Source: Setoptus koraiensis | Taxonomy: Eukaryota; Animalia; Arthropoda | NCBI GenBank assembly: GCA_048013815.1 | Contig: CM106586.1 | Location: forward strand, 310,001 to 374,000 | Reading direction: 5' to 3' | DNA: 64,000 nucleotides | Shown: positions 46,701 to 55,310 of the stretch, in pieces | Numbering within the stretch: position 1 is the stretch's first letter | Layout of the letters: the number at the start of each line of letters is the position of its first letter | Notes under the pieces: model-generated | Database searches by the model: none | What the model was told of the DNA's origin: nothing | What the model saw: only the letters and a program-made list of their open reading frames with translations | Position numbers and translations under genes: made by a program

Positions 46701-47164
46701 AGTTGGTAGGAGATAAAAACGAGTTGTTTTATAATTCGCTCAAGTAAATCATGTATATCCTCAAAATAAATCTGTATAATATCATCCAATTGTATAATAA
46801 GAAGAAAATAAACTTGTGTAATCTTCTCCAATTGTATAAAGGAGAGAAGATAATAAACTTGCACAATATAAACCGTTATTTCATAGTGTGTCACTTCTCC
46901 AATCTTTCCTTTTGTTTCATCATTTTTATCTCTTATGTTATTTTTCTTTTTTGTTCTATTTGTCTCAATAGTCTTTTCCTTTAATTGGAGAAGATTATTT
47001 ACTAATTTAGGTTCACATATGTTATAATCCATCTTAACACTCCTCACGATGTTGTAGTCTCGAGAGATCGACAAGTATACGCATGTGTACCTATAATTCT
47101 CGACAAATAATTTCACCATTTCAGGACCGTATATTGAGAAATAGAAAAAAAAGAAAAATAACAT
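43610..47164 (-). CDS. 1184-codon ORF1-position frame, no recognisable domain, reverse complement of antisense genes
   Basis: ORF track; stop TAA falls at the APE start (IRIIQAN); ORF2 is -1 relative; first ATG at 47119. Confidence 0.65.
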   Translation of the reverse strand: MLFFFFFYFSIYGPEMVKLFVENYRYTCVYLSISRDYNIVRSVKMDYNICEPKLVNNLLQLKEKTIETNRTKKKNNIRDKNDETKGKIGEVTHYEITVYIVQVYYLLSFIQLEKITQVYFLLIIQLDDIIQIYFEDIHDLLERIIKQLVFISYQLRQWLPIMIRILDGQLEVVLVIMGNLLSLFIRQSKNGQFTYREVLKINVIGIERLLNKIIVSLSIDDRGLSVFSIYLIWSEWAHKYYRMKKFPWSINTWTLPSRAYIITIPSQAGFVLKQETVATKIEAASQNSFDGLAIFITQVHLLVKFIKHQMGNRQVLTIIEKDSPYEVASKANRLNTNPCDLSHLVSYNVSGPVIKYVIIFNWKSMGDPFEVFPTAGVKCSARKWIGTTKTTIEWQTRRLCITRQATQQSVRHIERLIGLRVTINTVHSKGRIVRILKSLDVTLGLLHCILELPLLVRIISVAINGSCWGIMSNISLQSGTQLGYNKHLISIFFRFHHSDRPEYFIKRPNTMVRLLQLRILQENSLAKVNWNCLIGSHVGNCMNYHTLQNNMVSIQSREWFRIFIVTIANIIVSIKTGDEQWVPESFAIRNEETNYIIITDDCQISLPFEHGTKHKTNPSLILESPMAYHPSSSLKIMLTGESGSIQLVLRKFKLWEIQRSHFSDVYRQVIFLISGFSCSGLRGIKSIISYTYGRSQILMVRFIVTKSYDTRCRASSNFSCFPWRHTEEYSCYNNCFNYLMRNFGNRLEECSCENNCCCNLDYLNLPISLKLNNLKVLRGIIIIFADYLSLCYEVSKNVTIIKMALIFRKSRGPLINMKWTKKHVPRTNYILGTGTEHLAQENIKMHRMQTSAGITWNRHIRTSTKTALCANEQKIRNVHNTKSYNQNDARCIKLHKCNPNRYPLHNDRNKLSNQNTIIHQCNRYSQCLINYNEVIVNKYKQGYMQKIINATTSPRNLKLDRTIIINNEISSRYKRASLFSTTIICMLQDKWEMVLSNITNDGSIGQSHAINSEAGVFIGQDPYGCNVEIFVDLGLKIVIGVRSVSWPPISSLLNIYIHHSNTSNPPDIFRLSYSRTYAHFYSIWMSNRECRIQYIFHDDNLYNIQFIDDSINTKLFTNGIENNRSYVNYYSTRNDELECLQWLDTKKFDDEKFDLATRPRVPHLAQENTKREKDSQTYLCTKAV
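43874..44158 (+). CDS. 94-aa antisense ORF in register with ORF1 frame
   Basis: ATG start; same codon phase as 43610 and 44990; aromatic, beta-strand-like composition. Confidence 0.35.
   Translation: MEYILNSAFSIAHPYRIKVSICPRIREPEYVWWITRITVVDINIEQRGYWRPRNGPYTDYYFKTKVDKDFNVTTIRVLTNEDAGFTIDSVRLSD
44990..46747 (+). CDS. 585-aa orphan protein, antisense to the retrotransposon
   Basis: ATG-to-TAA intronless ORF; N-terminal PPRKTRK; Cys clusters; AATAAA downstream; conserved paralogue at ~30.2 kb. Confidence 0.85.
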   Translation: MPPRKTRKITASSTSGVVALCDNESDHEDLAPAISVTNDTFYTSKARARKSTNEKDHLAIDIAKVTSLNFPELKFSQDQLDRAGFACQHYFERGTRMVRHGAFKDQRRVRFMLGSMFKRKANLAIVRNYDVVSFLIPDGEGFGNPLLISCFYGNNYIGYRNDKNSEPFPGLDANHIILQSVVIHTVSNMTAYKTIPVHLRKGILLQDPQLEEADHSIRSFDKIFWSIRVVKAKEYTDKMFVIAKLCAGLERYIAHDAPTRAINCHGDYSNQKWKFQDTMEKPESYIKRFEDPDNSPFRVDSIDRHPQSDESFNMPHRLLSGLSSDTKPSSLPFDRCFGCTDPFSCTAFNASCREYFERISHGFPVEYYNVLNYRTTDIVGDKVTEITRIGIQPICFRGHFIWAIFFNDSEHLPVTHLVFYKFHKEMYLSYEDSKSVKAILRSRFDFGSDCFLLEDESSLGRYCYYVSSTRKCPCVNRPWELLHSVIFMCPFGPNEIDGEHGQTSIINRQRNNYLIEEALNANHVNFKDFSVGELAILGLSNEEAKEIAHYYEDDFQLTVKNPYHNREPLPELVGDKNELFYNSLK

Positions 47165-47204
47165 AAGAGATAAAAATGATGAAACAAAAGGAAAGATTGG
47201 AGAA

Positions 47205-50200
47205 GTGACACACTATGAAATAACGGTTTATATTGTGCAAGTTTATTATCTTCTCTCCTTTATACAATTGGAGAAGATTACACAAGTTTATTTTCTTCTT
47301 ATTATACAATTGGATGATATTATACAGATTTATTTTGAGGATATACATGATTTACTTGAGCGAATTATAAAACAACTCGTTTTTATCTCCTACCAACTCA
47401 GGCAATGGCTCCCGATTATGATACGGATTCTTGACGGTCAGCTGGAAGTCGTCCTCGTAATAATGGGCAATCTCCTTAGCCTCTTCATTAGACAATCCAA
47501 GAATGGCCAATTCACCTACAGAGAAGTCCTTAAAATTAACGTGATTGGCATTGAGCGCCTCCTCAATAAGATAATTGTTTCTCTGTCTATTGATGATAGA
47601 GGTCTGTCCGTGTTCTCCATCTATCTCATTTGGTCCGAATGGGCACATAAATATTACAGAATGAAGAAGTTCCCATGGTCGATTAACACATGGACACTTC
47701 CTAGTAGAGCTTACATAATAACAATACCGTCCCAAGCTGGATTCGTCCTCAAGCAAGAAACAGTCGCTACCAAAATCGAAGCGGCTTCTCAAAATAGCTT
47801 TGACGGACTTGCTATCTTCATAACTCAGGTACATCTCCTTGTGAAATTTATAAAACACCAAATGGGTAACCGGCAGGTGCTCACTATCATTGAAAAAGAT
47901 AGCCCATATGAAGTGGCCTCTAAAGCAAATAGGTTGAATACCAATCCGTGTGATCTCAGTCACCTTGTCTCCTACAATGTCAGTGGTCCGGTAATTAAGT
48001 ACGTTATAATATTCAACTGGAAATCCATGGGAGATCCGCTCGAAGTATTCCCTACAGCTGGCGTTAAATGCAGTACAAGAAAATGGATCGGTACAACCAA
48101 AACAACGATCGAATGGCAAACTAGAAGGCTTTGTATCACTAGACAAGCCACTCAACAATCGGTGAGGCATATTGAAAGACTCATCGGATTGCGGGTGACG
48201 ATCAATACTGTCCACTCTAAAGGGAGAATTGTCCGGATCCTCAAATCTCTTGATGTAACTCTCGGGCTTCTCCATTGTATCTTGGAACTTCCACTTCTGG
48301 TTAGAATAATCTCCGTGGCAATTAATGGCTCTTGTTGGGGCATCATGAGCAATATATCTCTCCAATCCGGCACACAACTTGGCTATAACAAACATCTTAT
48401 CAGTATATTCTTTCGCTTTCACCACTCGGATAGACCAGAATATTTTATCAAACGACCTAATACTATGGTCCGCCTCCTCCAACTGAGGATCCTGCAGGAG
48501 AATTCCCTTGCGAAGGTGAACTGGAATTGTCTTATAGGCAGTCATGTTGGAAACTGTGTGAATTACCACACTTTGCAAAATAATATGGTTAGCATCCAGT
48601 CCAGGGAATGGTTCCGAATTTTTATCGTTACGATAGCCAATATAATTGTTTCCATAAAAACAGGAGATGAGCAATGGGTTCCCGAATCCTTCGCCATCAG
48701 GAATGAGGAAACTAACTACATCATAATTACGGACGATTGCCAAATTAGCCTTCCTTTTGAACATGGAACCAAGCATAAAACGAACCCTTCTTTGATCCTT
48801 GAAAGCCCCATGGCGTACCATCCGAGTTCCTCTCTCAAAATATTGCTGACAGGCGAATCCGGCTCGATCCAATTGGTCCTGCGAAAATTTAAGCTCTGGG
48901 AAATTCAACGAAGTCACTTTAGCGATGTCTATCGCCAAGTGATCTTTCTCATTAGTGGATTTTCTTGCTCGGGCCTTCGAGGTATAAAAAGTATCATTAG
49001 TTACACTTATGGCAGGAGCCAAATCCTCATGGTCAGATTCATTGTCACAAATTGCTACGACACCAGATGTCGAGCTAGCAGTAATTTTTCTTGTTTTCCG
49101 TGGAGGCATACTGGAGAATATAGTTGTTACAACAACTGTTTCAATTATTTAATAAGGAATCTTGGTAATCGGTTGGAGGAATGTAGTTGTGAAAACAACT
49201 GTTGCTGCAATTTGGATTACTTGAATTTGCCTATTTCGTTAAAGTTGAATAATTTGAAGGTCTTGCGTGGTATTAATATAATTTTTGCAGATTATTCATC
49301 GTTGTGTTATGAGGTTTCTAAAAATGTAACTATTATTAGGATGGCATTAATATTTCGAAAAAGTCGGGGCCCACTCATCAATATGAAATGGACAAAGAAA
49401 CACGTCCCGCGCACAAACTACATTCTTGGCACAGGAACAGAACACCTGGCACAAGAAAACATCAAAACGCACAGAATGCAAACAAGCGCAGAAATAACAT
49501 GGAACAGACACATAAGAACAAGCACAAAAACTGCTCTCTGTGCAAATGAGCAGAAAATAAGAAAGGTGCACAACACCAAAAGTTACAATCAGAATGATGC
49601 AAGATGTATCAAATTGCACAAATGCAACCCAAATAGGTATCCATTGCACAACGATAGAAACAAATTAAGCAACCAAAACACTATTATTCATCAATGCAAC
49701 AGGTATTCACAATGTTTAATTAATTACAATGAAGTGATTGTTAACAAATACAAACAAGGTTACATGCAAAAAATCATCAATGCAACAACAAGTCCCAGAA
49801 ATTTAAAACTCGACAGAACTATAATTATTAATAATGAAATCTCATCTCGTTATAAGAGAGCAAGTTTATTTTCAACAACTATTATATGTATACTACAAGA
49901 TAAATGGGAGATGGTTCTCTCTAATATAACCAACGACGGTTCAATCGGACAATCGCACGCTATCAATAGTGAAGCCGGCGTCTTCATTGGTCAAGACCCT
50001 TATGGTTGTAACGTTGAAATCTTTGTCGACCTTGGTCTTAAAATAGTAATCGGTGTAAGGTCCGTTTCGTGGCCGCCAATATCCTCTTTGCTCAATATTT
50101 ATATCCACCACAGTAATACGAGTAATCCACCAGACATATTCCGGCTCTCGTATTCTCGGACATATGCTCACTTTTATTCTATATGGATGAGCAATAGAGA

Positions 50201-50489
50201 ATGCAGAATTCAATATATATTCCATGATGACAATTTATACAATATCCAATTTATCGATGATTCAATTAACACGAAGTTATTCACAAATGGAATTGAAAAT
50301 AATAGATCGTACGTGAATTATTACAGCACAAGGAATGACGAGTTAGAATGTCTGCAATGGCTCGACACAAAAAAGTTCGACGACGAAAAGTTCGATTTGG
50401 CTACCAGACCAAGAGTACCTCACTTGGCTCAAGAGAACGCCAAGCGGGAAAAAGACTCACAAACATATCTTTGCACCAAGGCAGTATAA
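47205..50489 (+). CDS. ORF1-position frame, right copy (1094 aa)
   Basis: Mirror of 43610-47164; still stop-free. Confidence 0.65.
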   Translation: MTHYEITVYIVQVYYLLSFIQLEKITQVYFLLIIQLDDIIQIYFEDIHDLLERIIKQLVFISYQLRQWLPIMIRILDGQLEVVLVIMGNLLSLFIRQSKNGQFTYREVLKINVIGIERLLNKIIVSLSIDDRGLSVFSIYLIWSEWAHKYYRMKKFPWSINTWTLPSRAYIITIPSQAGFVLKQETVATKIEAASQNSFDGLAIFITQVHLLVKFIKHQMGNRQVLTIIEKDSPYEVASKANRLNTNPCDLSHLVSYNVSGPVIKYVIIFNWKSMGDPLEVFPTAGVKCSTRKWIGTTKTTIEWQTRRLCITRQATQQSVRHIERLIGLRVTINTVHSKGRIVRILKSLDVTLGLLHCILELPLLVRIISVAINGSCWGIMSNISLQSGTQLGYNKHLISIFFRFHHSDRPEYFIKRPNTMVRLLQLRILQENSLAKVNWNCLIGSHVGNCVNYHTLQNNMVSIQSREWFRIFIVTIANIIVSIKTGDEQWVPESFAIRNEETNYIIITDDCQISLPFEHGTKHKTNPSLILESPMAYHPSSSLKILLTGESGSIQLVLRKFKLWEIQRSHFSDVYRQVIFLISGFSCSGLRGIKSIISYTYGRSQILMVRFIVTNCYDTRCRASSNFSCFPWRHTGEYSCYNNCFNYLIRNLGNRLEECSCENNCCCNLDYLNLPISLKLNNLKVLRGINIIFADYSSLCYEVSKNVTIIRMALIFRKSRGPLINMKWTKKHVPRTNYILGTGTEHLAQENIKTHRMQTSAEITWNRHIRTSTKTALCANEQKIRKVHNTKSYNQNDARCIKLHKCNPNRYPLHNDRNKLSNQNTIIHQCNRYSQCLINYNEVIVNKYKQGYMQKIINATTSPRNLKLDRTIIINNEISSRYKRASLFSTTIICILQDKWEMVLSNITNDGSIGQSHAINSEAGVFIGQDPYGCNVEIFVDLGLKIVIGVRSVSWPPISSLLNIYIHHSNTSNPPDIFRLSYSRTYAHFYSIWMSNRECRIQYIFHDDNLYNIQFIDDSINTKLFTNGIENNRSYVNYYSTRNDELECLQWLDTKKFDDEKFDLATRPRVPHLAQENAKREKDSQTYLCTKAV
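47352..49109 (-). CDS. 585-aa orphan protein, right copy
   Basis: Differs from left copy at only two residues seen (L20I, H89Q). Confidence 0.85.
   Translation of the reverse strand: MPPRKTRKITASSTSGVVAICDNESDHEDLAPAISVTNDTFYTSKARARKSTNEKDHLAIDIAKVTSLNFPELKFSQDQLDRAGFACQQYFERGTRMVRHGAFKDQRRVRFMLGSMFKRKANLAIVRNYDVVSFLIPDGEGFGNPLLISCFYGNNYIGYRNDKNSEPFPGLDANHIILQSVVIHTVSNMTAYKTIPVHLRKGILLQDPQLEEADHSIRSFDKIFWSIRVVKAKEYTDKMFVIAKLCAGLERYIAHDAPTRAINCHGDYSNQKWKFQDTMEKPESYIKRFEDPDNSPFRVDSIDRHPQSDESFNMPHRLLSGLSSDTKPSSLPFDRCFGCTDPFSCTAFNASCREYFERISHGFPVEYYNVLNYRTTDIVGDKVTEITRIGIQPICFRGHFIWAIFFNDSEHLPVTHLVFYKFHKEMYLSYEDSKSVKAILRSRFDFGSDCFLLEDESSLGRYCYYVSSTRKCPCVNRPWELLHSVIFMCPFGPNEIDGEHGQTSIINRQRNNYLIEEALNANHVNFKDFSVGELAILGLSNEEAKEIAHYYEDDFQLTVKNPYHNREPLPELVGDKNELFYNSLK
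49941..50225 (-). CDS. 94-aa antisense ORF, right copy
   Basis: Identical protein to 43874-44158. Confidence 0.35.
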   Translation of the reverse strand: MEYILNSAFSIAHPYRIKVSICPRIREPEYVWWITRITVVDINIEQRGYWRPRNGPYTDYYFKTKVDKDFNVTTIRVLTNEDAGFTIDSVRLSD

Positions 50490-51286
50490 GAATAATTCAG
50501 GCGAACTGTCACAAATCCTCAGAGGCCAACTGTACCTTGTTAGAAGAAGCTCATACCTACAAAGCAGACTTAATCATTGCTAGCGAGGTGCATACAAGTA
50601 GAGACGGAAAGATAACCGGAATGGGTCATAATGTCAGATGTAGTAGCAGGAAGACGCTAACAGCAACTGGACAGGCAATTACGTCCGCAGCAATAATATG
50701 CTGCAATAAGGCTATGCCATTCATCTGTATCACAGGAGAAGGTGGTAAAGCACCGCTGGACTACACGGCAGCCATAATAGAGGCCGATAGACAATACCTA
50801 GTAGTGTCAGTCTATGTAAAACCAAAACGTAACGAAATCATACTAAACAATGATGGTACCGAGACAAGCTATCTGGCCAAGCTATATAGTGACCTCACCA
50901 AACTAATTAAAGAACACAAAAACAAAGGTCTCATAATAGCGGGAGATTTTAACACTCGCCATCCGAGCTGGGACTCGTTTGTTAGGCAAATAGATAATAC
51001 AAGAGCTAATCTACTGATTAACTTCGCAGAAATCAATGGATTATACAACCTAAACGCCATTAACTTCGCACAAGGGTCAGCAACATACAGAGCCACCAAC
51101 AACCAAATCGACCCAAACGCAAACAGTAACGCACTAGGCATGAGTAATATAGACCTCACACTGGTGGATAAGAACACTCTGACAAAACTAAATGAGTGGC
51201 GCATAGATCCAGGCTCGGCCATAAGTGACCACGCGCCAATCCTCATAGAAATAAATGATAATAAGCCAAGGTACAGAAGTATTAGA

Positions 51287-52377
51287 ACAAGTAATACTGA
51301 TCAAATCAGTATTTCGAGCGCTTAATTTTTTGTGTGGACAAGTATTGTTGAAGGATTCAAAGGAGTTTATGACAACCTGTTAACCACCGAACTTCAAAAT
51401 GTGACCATCGAACATTGACCATCGAACATCGAACGAGCAGATGGAAATGTCATCAGAAATTCGAATTTTCAATTTCGAATTTCGAAGTTCGAAATGTGAC
51501 CATCGAACATTGACCACCGAACTCGGACCACCGAACTTCGACAGAGCCGATGAAACTTTAATCAGAAATTCGAATTTTCAATTTCGAATTTCGAAGTTCG
51601 GAATGTGACCATCGAACATTGACCATCGAACATCGAACGAGCAGATGAAACTATCATCAGAAAATCGAATTTTCAATTTCGAATTTCGAAGTTCGAATTG
51701 TGGCCACCGAACTTCGAATTGTAACCATCGAACATCGAACGAGCAGATGAAACTATCATCAGAAAATCGAATTTTCAATTTCGAATTTCGAATTGTTACC
51801 ACCGAGTTTCGAAATGTGACCATCGAACTGTGACCATCAAATTTCGATAGAGCAGATAAAATTATCATCAGGAAATCAAATTTTCAATTTTGAATTTCGA
51901 AGTTCGAATTGTGACCATCGAACTCTGACCATGGAACTACGACCATCGAACTTCGACGAAGCAGCTGAATCTCATTTCAGAAAATCAAATTTTCAATTTC
52001 CAATTTCGAAGTTCGAAATTCGAATTGTCACCACCGAACTCTGACCATAGAACTAAGAACACTGAACCACTAACTTCGAACTAGCAGCTGAAACTCCCAT
52101 GAGAAATTCGAATTTTCAATTTTGAAGTTCGATTTGTCACCACCGAGCTCCTCACAAATTCGACCTAGTCAAATCTCCATAGGATTGCATACGAAATATT
52201 TTCGAGTAAAGCGATAATAGACCAAGTCAAATCTACATCGGAATACATGTGTAATATCTAGCAGGATTCTCACAAATTTGACTAAGTCAAACCTCCATAG
52301 GATTACATAGTCACGTGAATAAACCTAGTCATCATCACCACCCCAATAGCAGCTTAATTAAAATTAAGCGCTAAAAA
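51287..52377 (-). mobile_element. Complete HINE (~1.09 kb), insertion without TSD
   Basis: Both termini present; empty site in the left arm is the T5 run at 42809-42813. Confidence 0.95.
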
Positions 52378-54302
52378 CATTTGGCAGGCTTAACCAACAA
52401 GATATTATCAGCATAAATAACCTAATTGATGACCAATATCTCAGCAGGAAAATACCAGCAATACTGGAAGACAATCATAAAATCGATAATGCGGTAGCAG
52501 ATCTTACCAATCATATTCACGCAACGGTTGAAAAGTATCAGGCCACAACGAACATAAAACCTATAATAAGCTCATCAAAAGGCACCAACAACATAAAAAC
52601 AAGCTCATACACACAAGAAATAACAATAAACGGCTCAATAAGGTGCAGCAACAATAACAGAGCCCATAAATATCTATTTAAATGCGTAACAAATGAACAC
52701 ATCACTGCATACCAGATCACCGGAATAACTCAACAACTTTGGGACATTGAAAACAATACCGATACTAGACAACCGGTAAACATTTATATAACACTTGAGA
52801 TTATAACATCAAAAAAGGGGTACAGTAGATGGAAGCGCAAAACCAGAGAAATACTATCTGGTAAAATGCGACATAAAAAAAGCGACAACGCTGCACCATG
52901 GTGGAACGCAAAACTAACGAAGCTCCGTAGCACTTATAAGAACGCAGCTAAGGCATATTACAACACCAAGCATGGCAATGACCCAGAAGTCAAAGCCAAC
53001 ATGGATTTAGCCAAGAAACTATATGTCAAAGAGATCAAACAAGCCAGAAAAGACTCGTGGATGGAATACGTATCGATATCCTCGAGCATAGGCGCCTGGG
53101 AATCAGCATACAAAACAATTATGAATAAACGGAAATTCAAAACTTGTATGCAAGCCATCACCACTCCGGATGGAAAACAAATTACTGACTACAAACAGGT
53201 GTTAGACGCCTTAATGGCAGCATCATTTCCAAACGATGACATCAACACCGATACGGAACAACAAAAACGTATCCGAGAGGACAACAGAAAGGAGCACTAT
53301 AGTCAATTTGAAGATATAACAGTCACTCAACAGGAAGTAGATACGCTTATCAACACTTTACCCTACAAGAAAGCTCCGGGAATAGACGGAATAACTGGAG
53401 AACTGCTGCGAGGTATCGCAGGCAAAGTAACCAGACATATCACTACCATAATTCAAAATTGCTTACTACAAGGATACTTCCCTAAGCAATGGAAAGTGGC
53501 CTTCGTGGTTATGATCCCCAAACCAGGCAAAGACCCAGCGACGGTCAAAGGGTGGCGTCCCATATGTCTGTTAAGCAACATGGCTAAACTATTGGATAAG
53601 ATTGTCATCAACAATATCATGGGACAATTTCGACAAACAACGGGTATTAGTCAAGAACAAAATGGATTCGAGGCCCACAAGTCCACAATTCATGCAGTAA
53701 AAGAGATTGTAGACACGGTCAATGACAAACGCAAAGAAGGAGTAGTGGCTATCATATGTCTGGACGTTTCCGGGGCCTTCGACAACGCATGGCACCCAGA
53801 GATCATACGTCAATTACGCAAATCAGGGATAAGCCACAACTTACTCAGCTTAGCTAAATCATACTTAGCAGACAGAAAGGCGATTCTCGAATACAATGGC
53901 ATTACCTCAGATAAATCACCTAATCGCGGCTGTCCGCGAGGATCATCGTCCGGTCCTATGCTGTGGAACATAGTCTACAATGACTTGCTGCGAATAGCAA
54001 ACGAGAATACGGACACTCGCATAGTAGCTTACGTGGATGATGCCACTCTTATAATATGGGCCAGAACACAAGAGTTACTACAAAGCAAAATCAAGAGAGC
54101 TCTGAAAAGAGTCCTAAACTGGGGCACATCAGTAAAACTGAGCTTCGGCCCAGAAAAAACTGAACTATTGTATTTTGAACAAATAAGACATAGGAGTCTG
54201 ATGGATTGTACAGATAACCAGGCTATTACGGGAACTACAGAAGACCTACAGCAAGCCAAACAAAGAAACCTAAGTCTCAAAAACAAAGGCAGGACAAATG
54301 TG

Positions 54303-55310
54303 GGGTGTTGTTCGGAACACGTACCAAGCCCGATTTCCTCCAAACTTCACACATGGGCCCCGAAGGGGCCCTAAAGAACAAATATAGTGGTCCGGAAGTG
54401 CGGAAATTTCTACTTCCGGAGATATGGAAAAATGCATTTTTCGGGCCTCTGAGGGGCCCCAGACCTTAGATTTTTGTATGATTGTCTAGATCCAGATGCT
54501 ATCTATGTGATAGCGTTGAGATAAATCTCTTACATCAACTCGTTGGCTATTTGACAATAAGTGCAAGTCACACTTCCGGTTTGCAAACTGACGCGATTCG
54601 GCTGTACTACCACCTAGTTACGGTCTCTAAAGCGGGTTCACACCATATATGAAAGAAACCCGGCCCGATCACGGGCCCCGCCCACTCGACTCCCATTCCT
54701 CGGGAAGAATCTTTTTTAGTTAGGTGGCCGTCAGTCGTCCCGCCGGAGGCCGCAGGCCGTAGGCGTGGACGACTGGAGGCCGAACCCCTCTTCCGGCCCG
54801 GGCCCAACCTGCTCGACTGTGGTACTCTTTTCCGGTGGTAAAATCCCAAAAGTTTGGGGATATATCCCTGATCGTGTGATGTACGTGAATCTGGTCCACA
54901 CGTGAATAGGCACGCGCAACTGGTAGCAAATAGTAATAGTGCACGCGCTGAGACTCGGTGTGTAGTCTGACTAATTGCGGGTGCAGTTTCACTCCGCGCC
55001 GCGCGCATCGGTCACGCCTCTTCAGTTCGACTGCTTTTACTCGACTTCTAGAGCTTCTAGGTGCAATCTACCTTCGGTATAAAGATGTTGGTACCCTAAC
55101 CGATGTCCGTTCGGGTGGGTACGATCGATTGTATCGTCAATATGCCTCCAAATACCCTAAAATACCCACAATGCGGTACCTCGGGTAACTCGGGAACGAA
55201 GAATTTCCGCACTTCCGGAATACCCATTCGGGATATCAGGGCACAATACCCTACCCAAAAAATACCCAAAATACCCAAATTGGGCGTGGTACGTGTTCCG
55301 AACAATAACC
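54303..55310. mobile_element. Family-M MITE (1008 bp), TSD CAAATGTG
   Basis: TSD at 54295-54302 and 55311-55318; same site as the left arm. Confidence 0.95.

Larger units (their letters stand above)
38119..47131 (-). mobile_element. R1-like non-LTR retrotransposon, left copy
   Basis: Long ORF1-position frame, APE-RT ORF2 with TQILTGHGYF and C-terminal CX2C..H..C, 3' UTR with AATAAA and simple-repeat end. Confidence 0.9.

Noticed and set aside
44990-46747. Narnavirus RdRp identity for the 585-aa ORF
   Set aside because: No GDD motif or motif A/B pattern visible; only the ambigrammatic property is shared.
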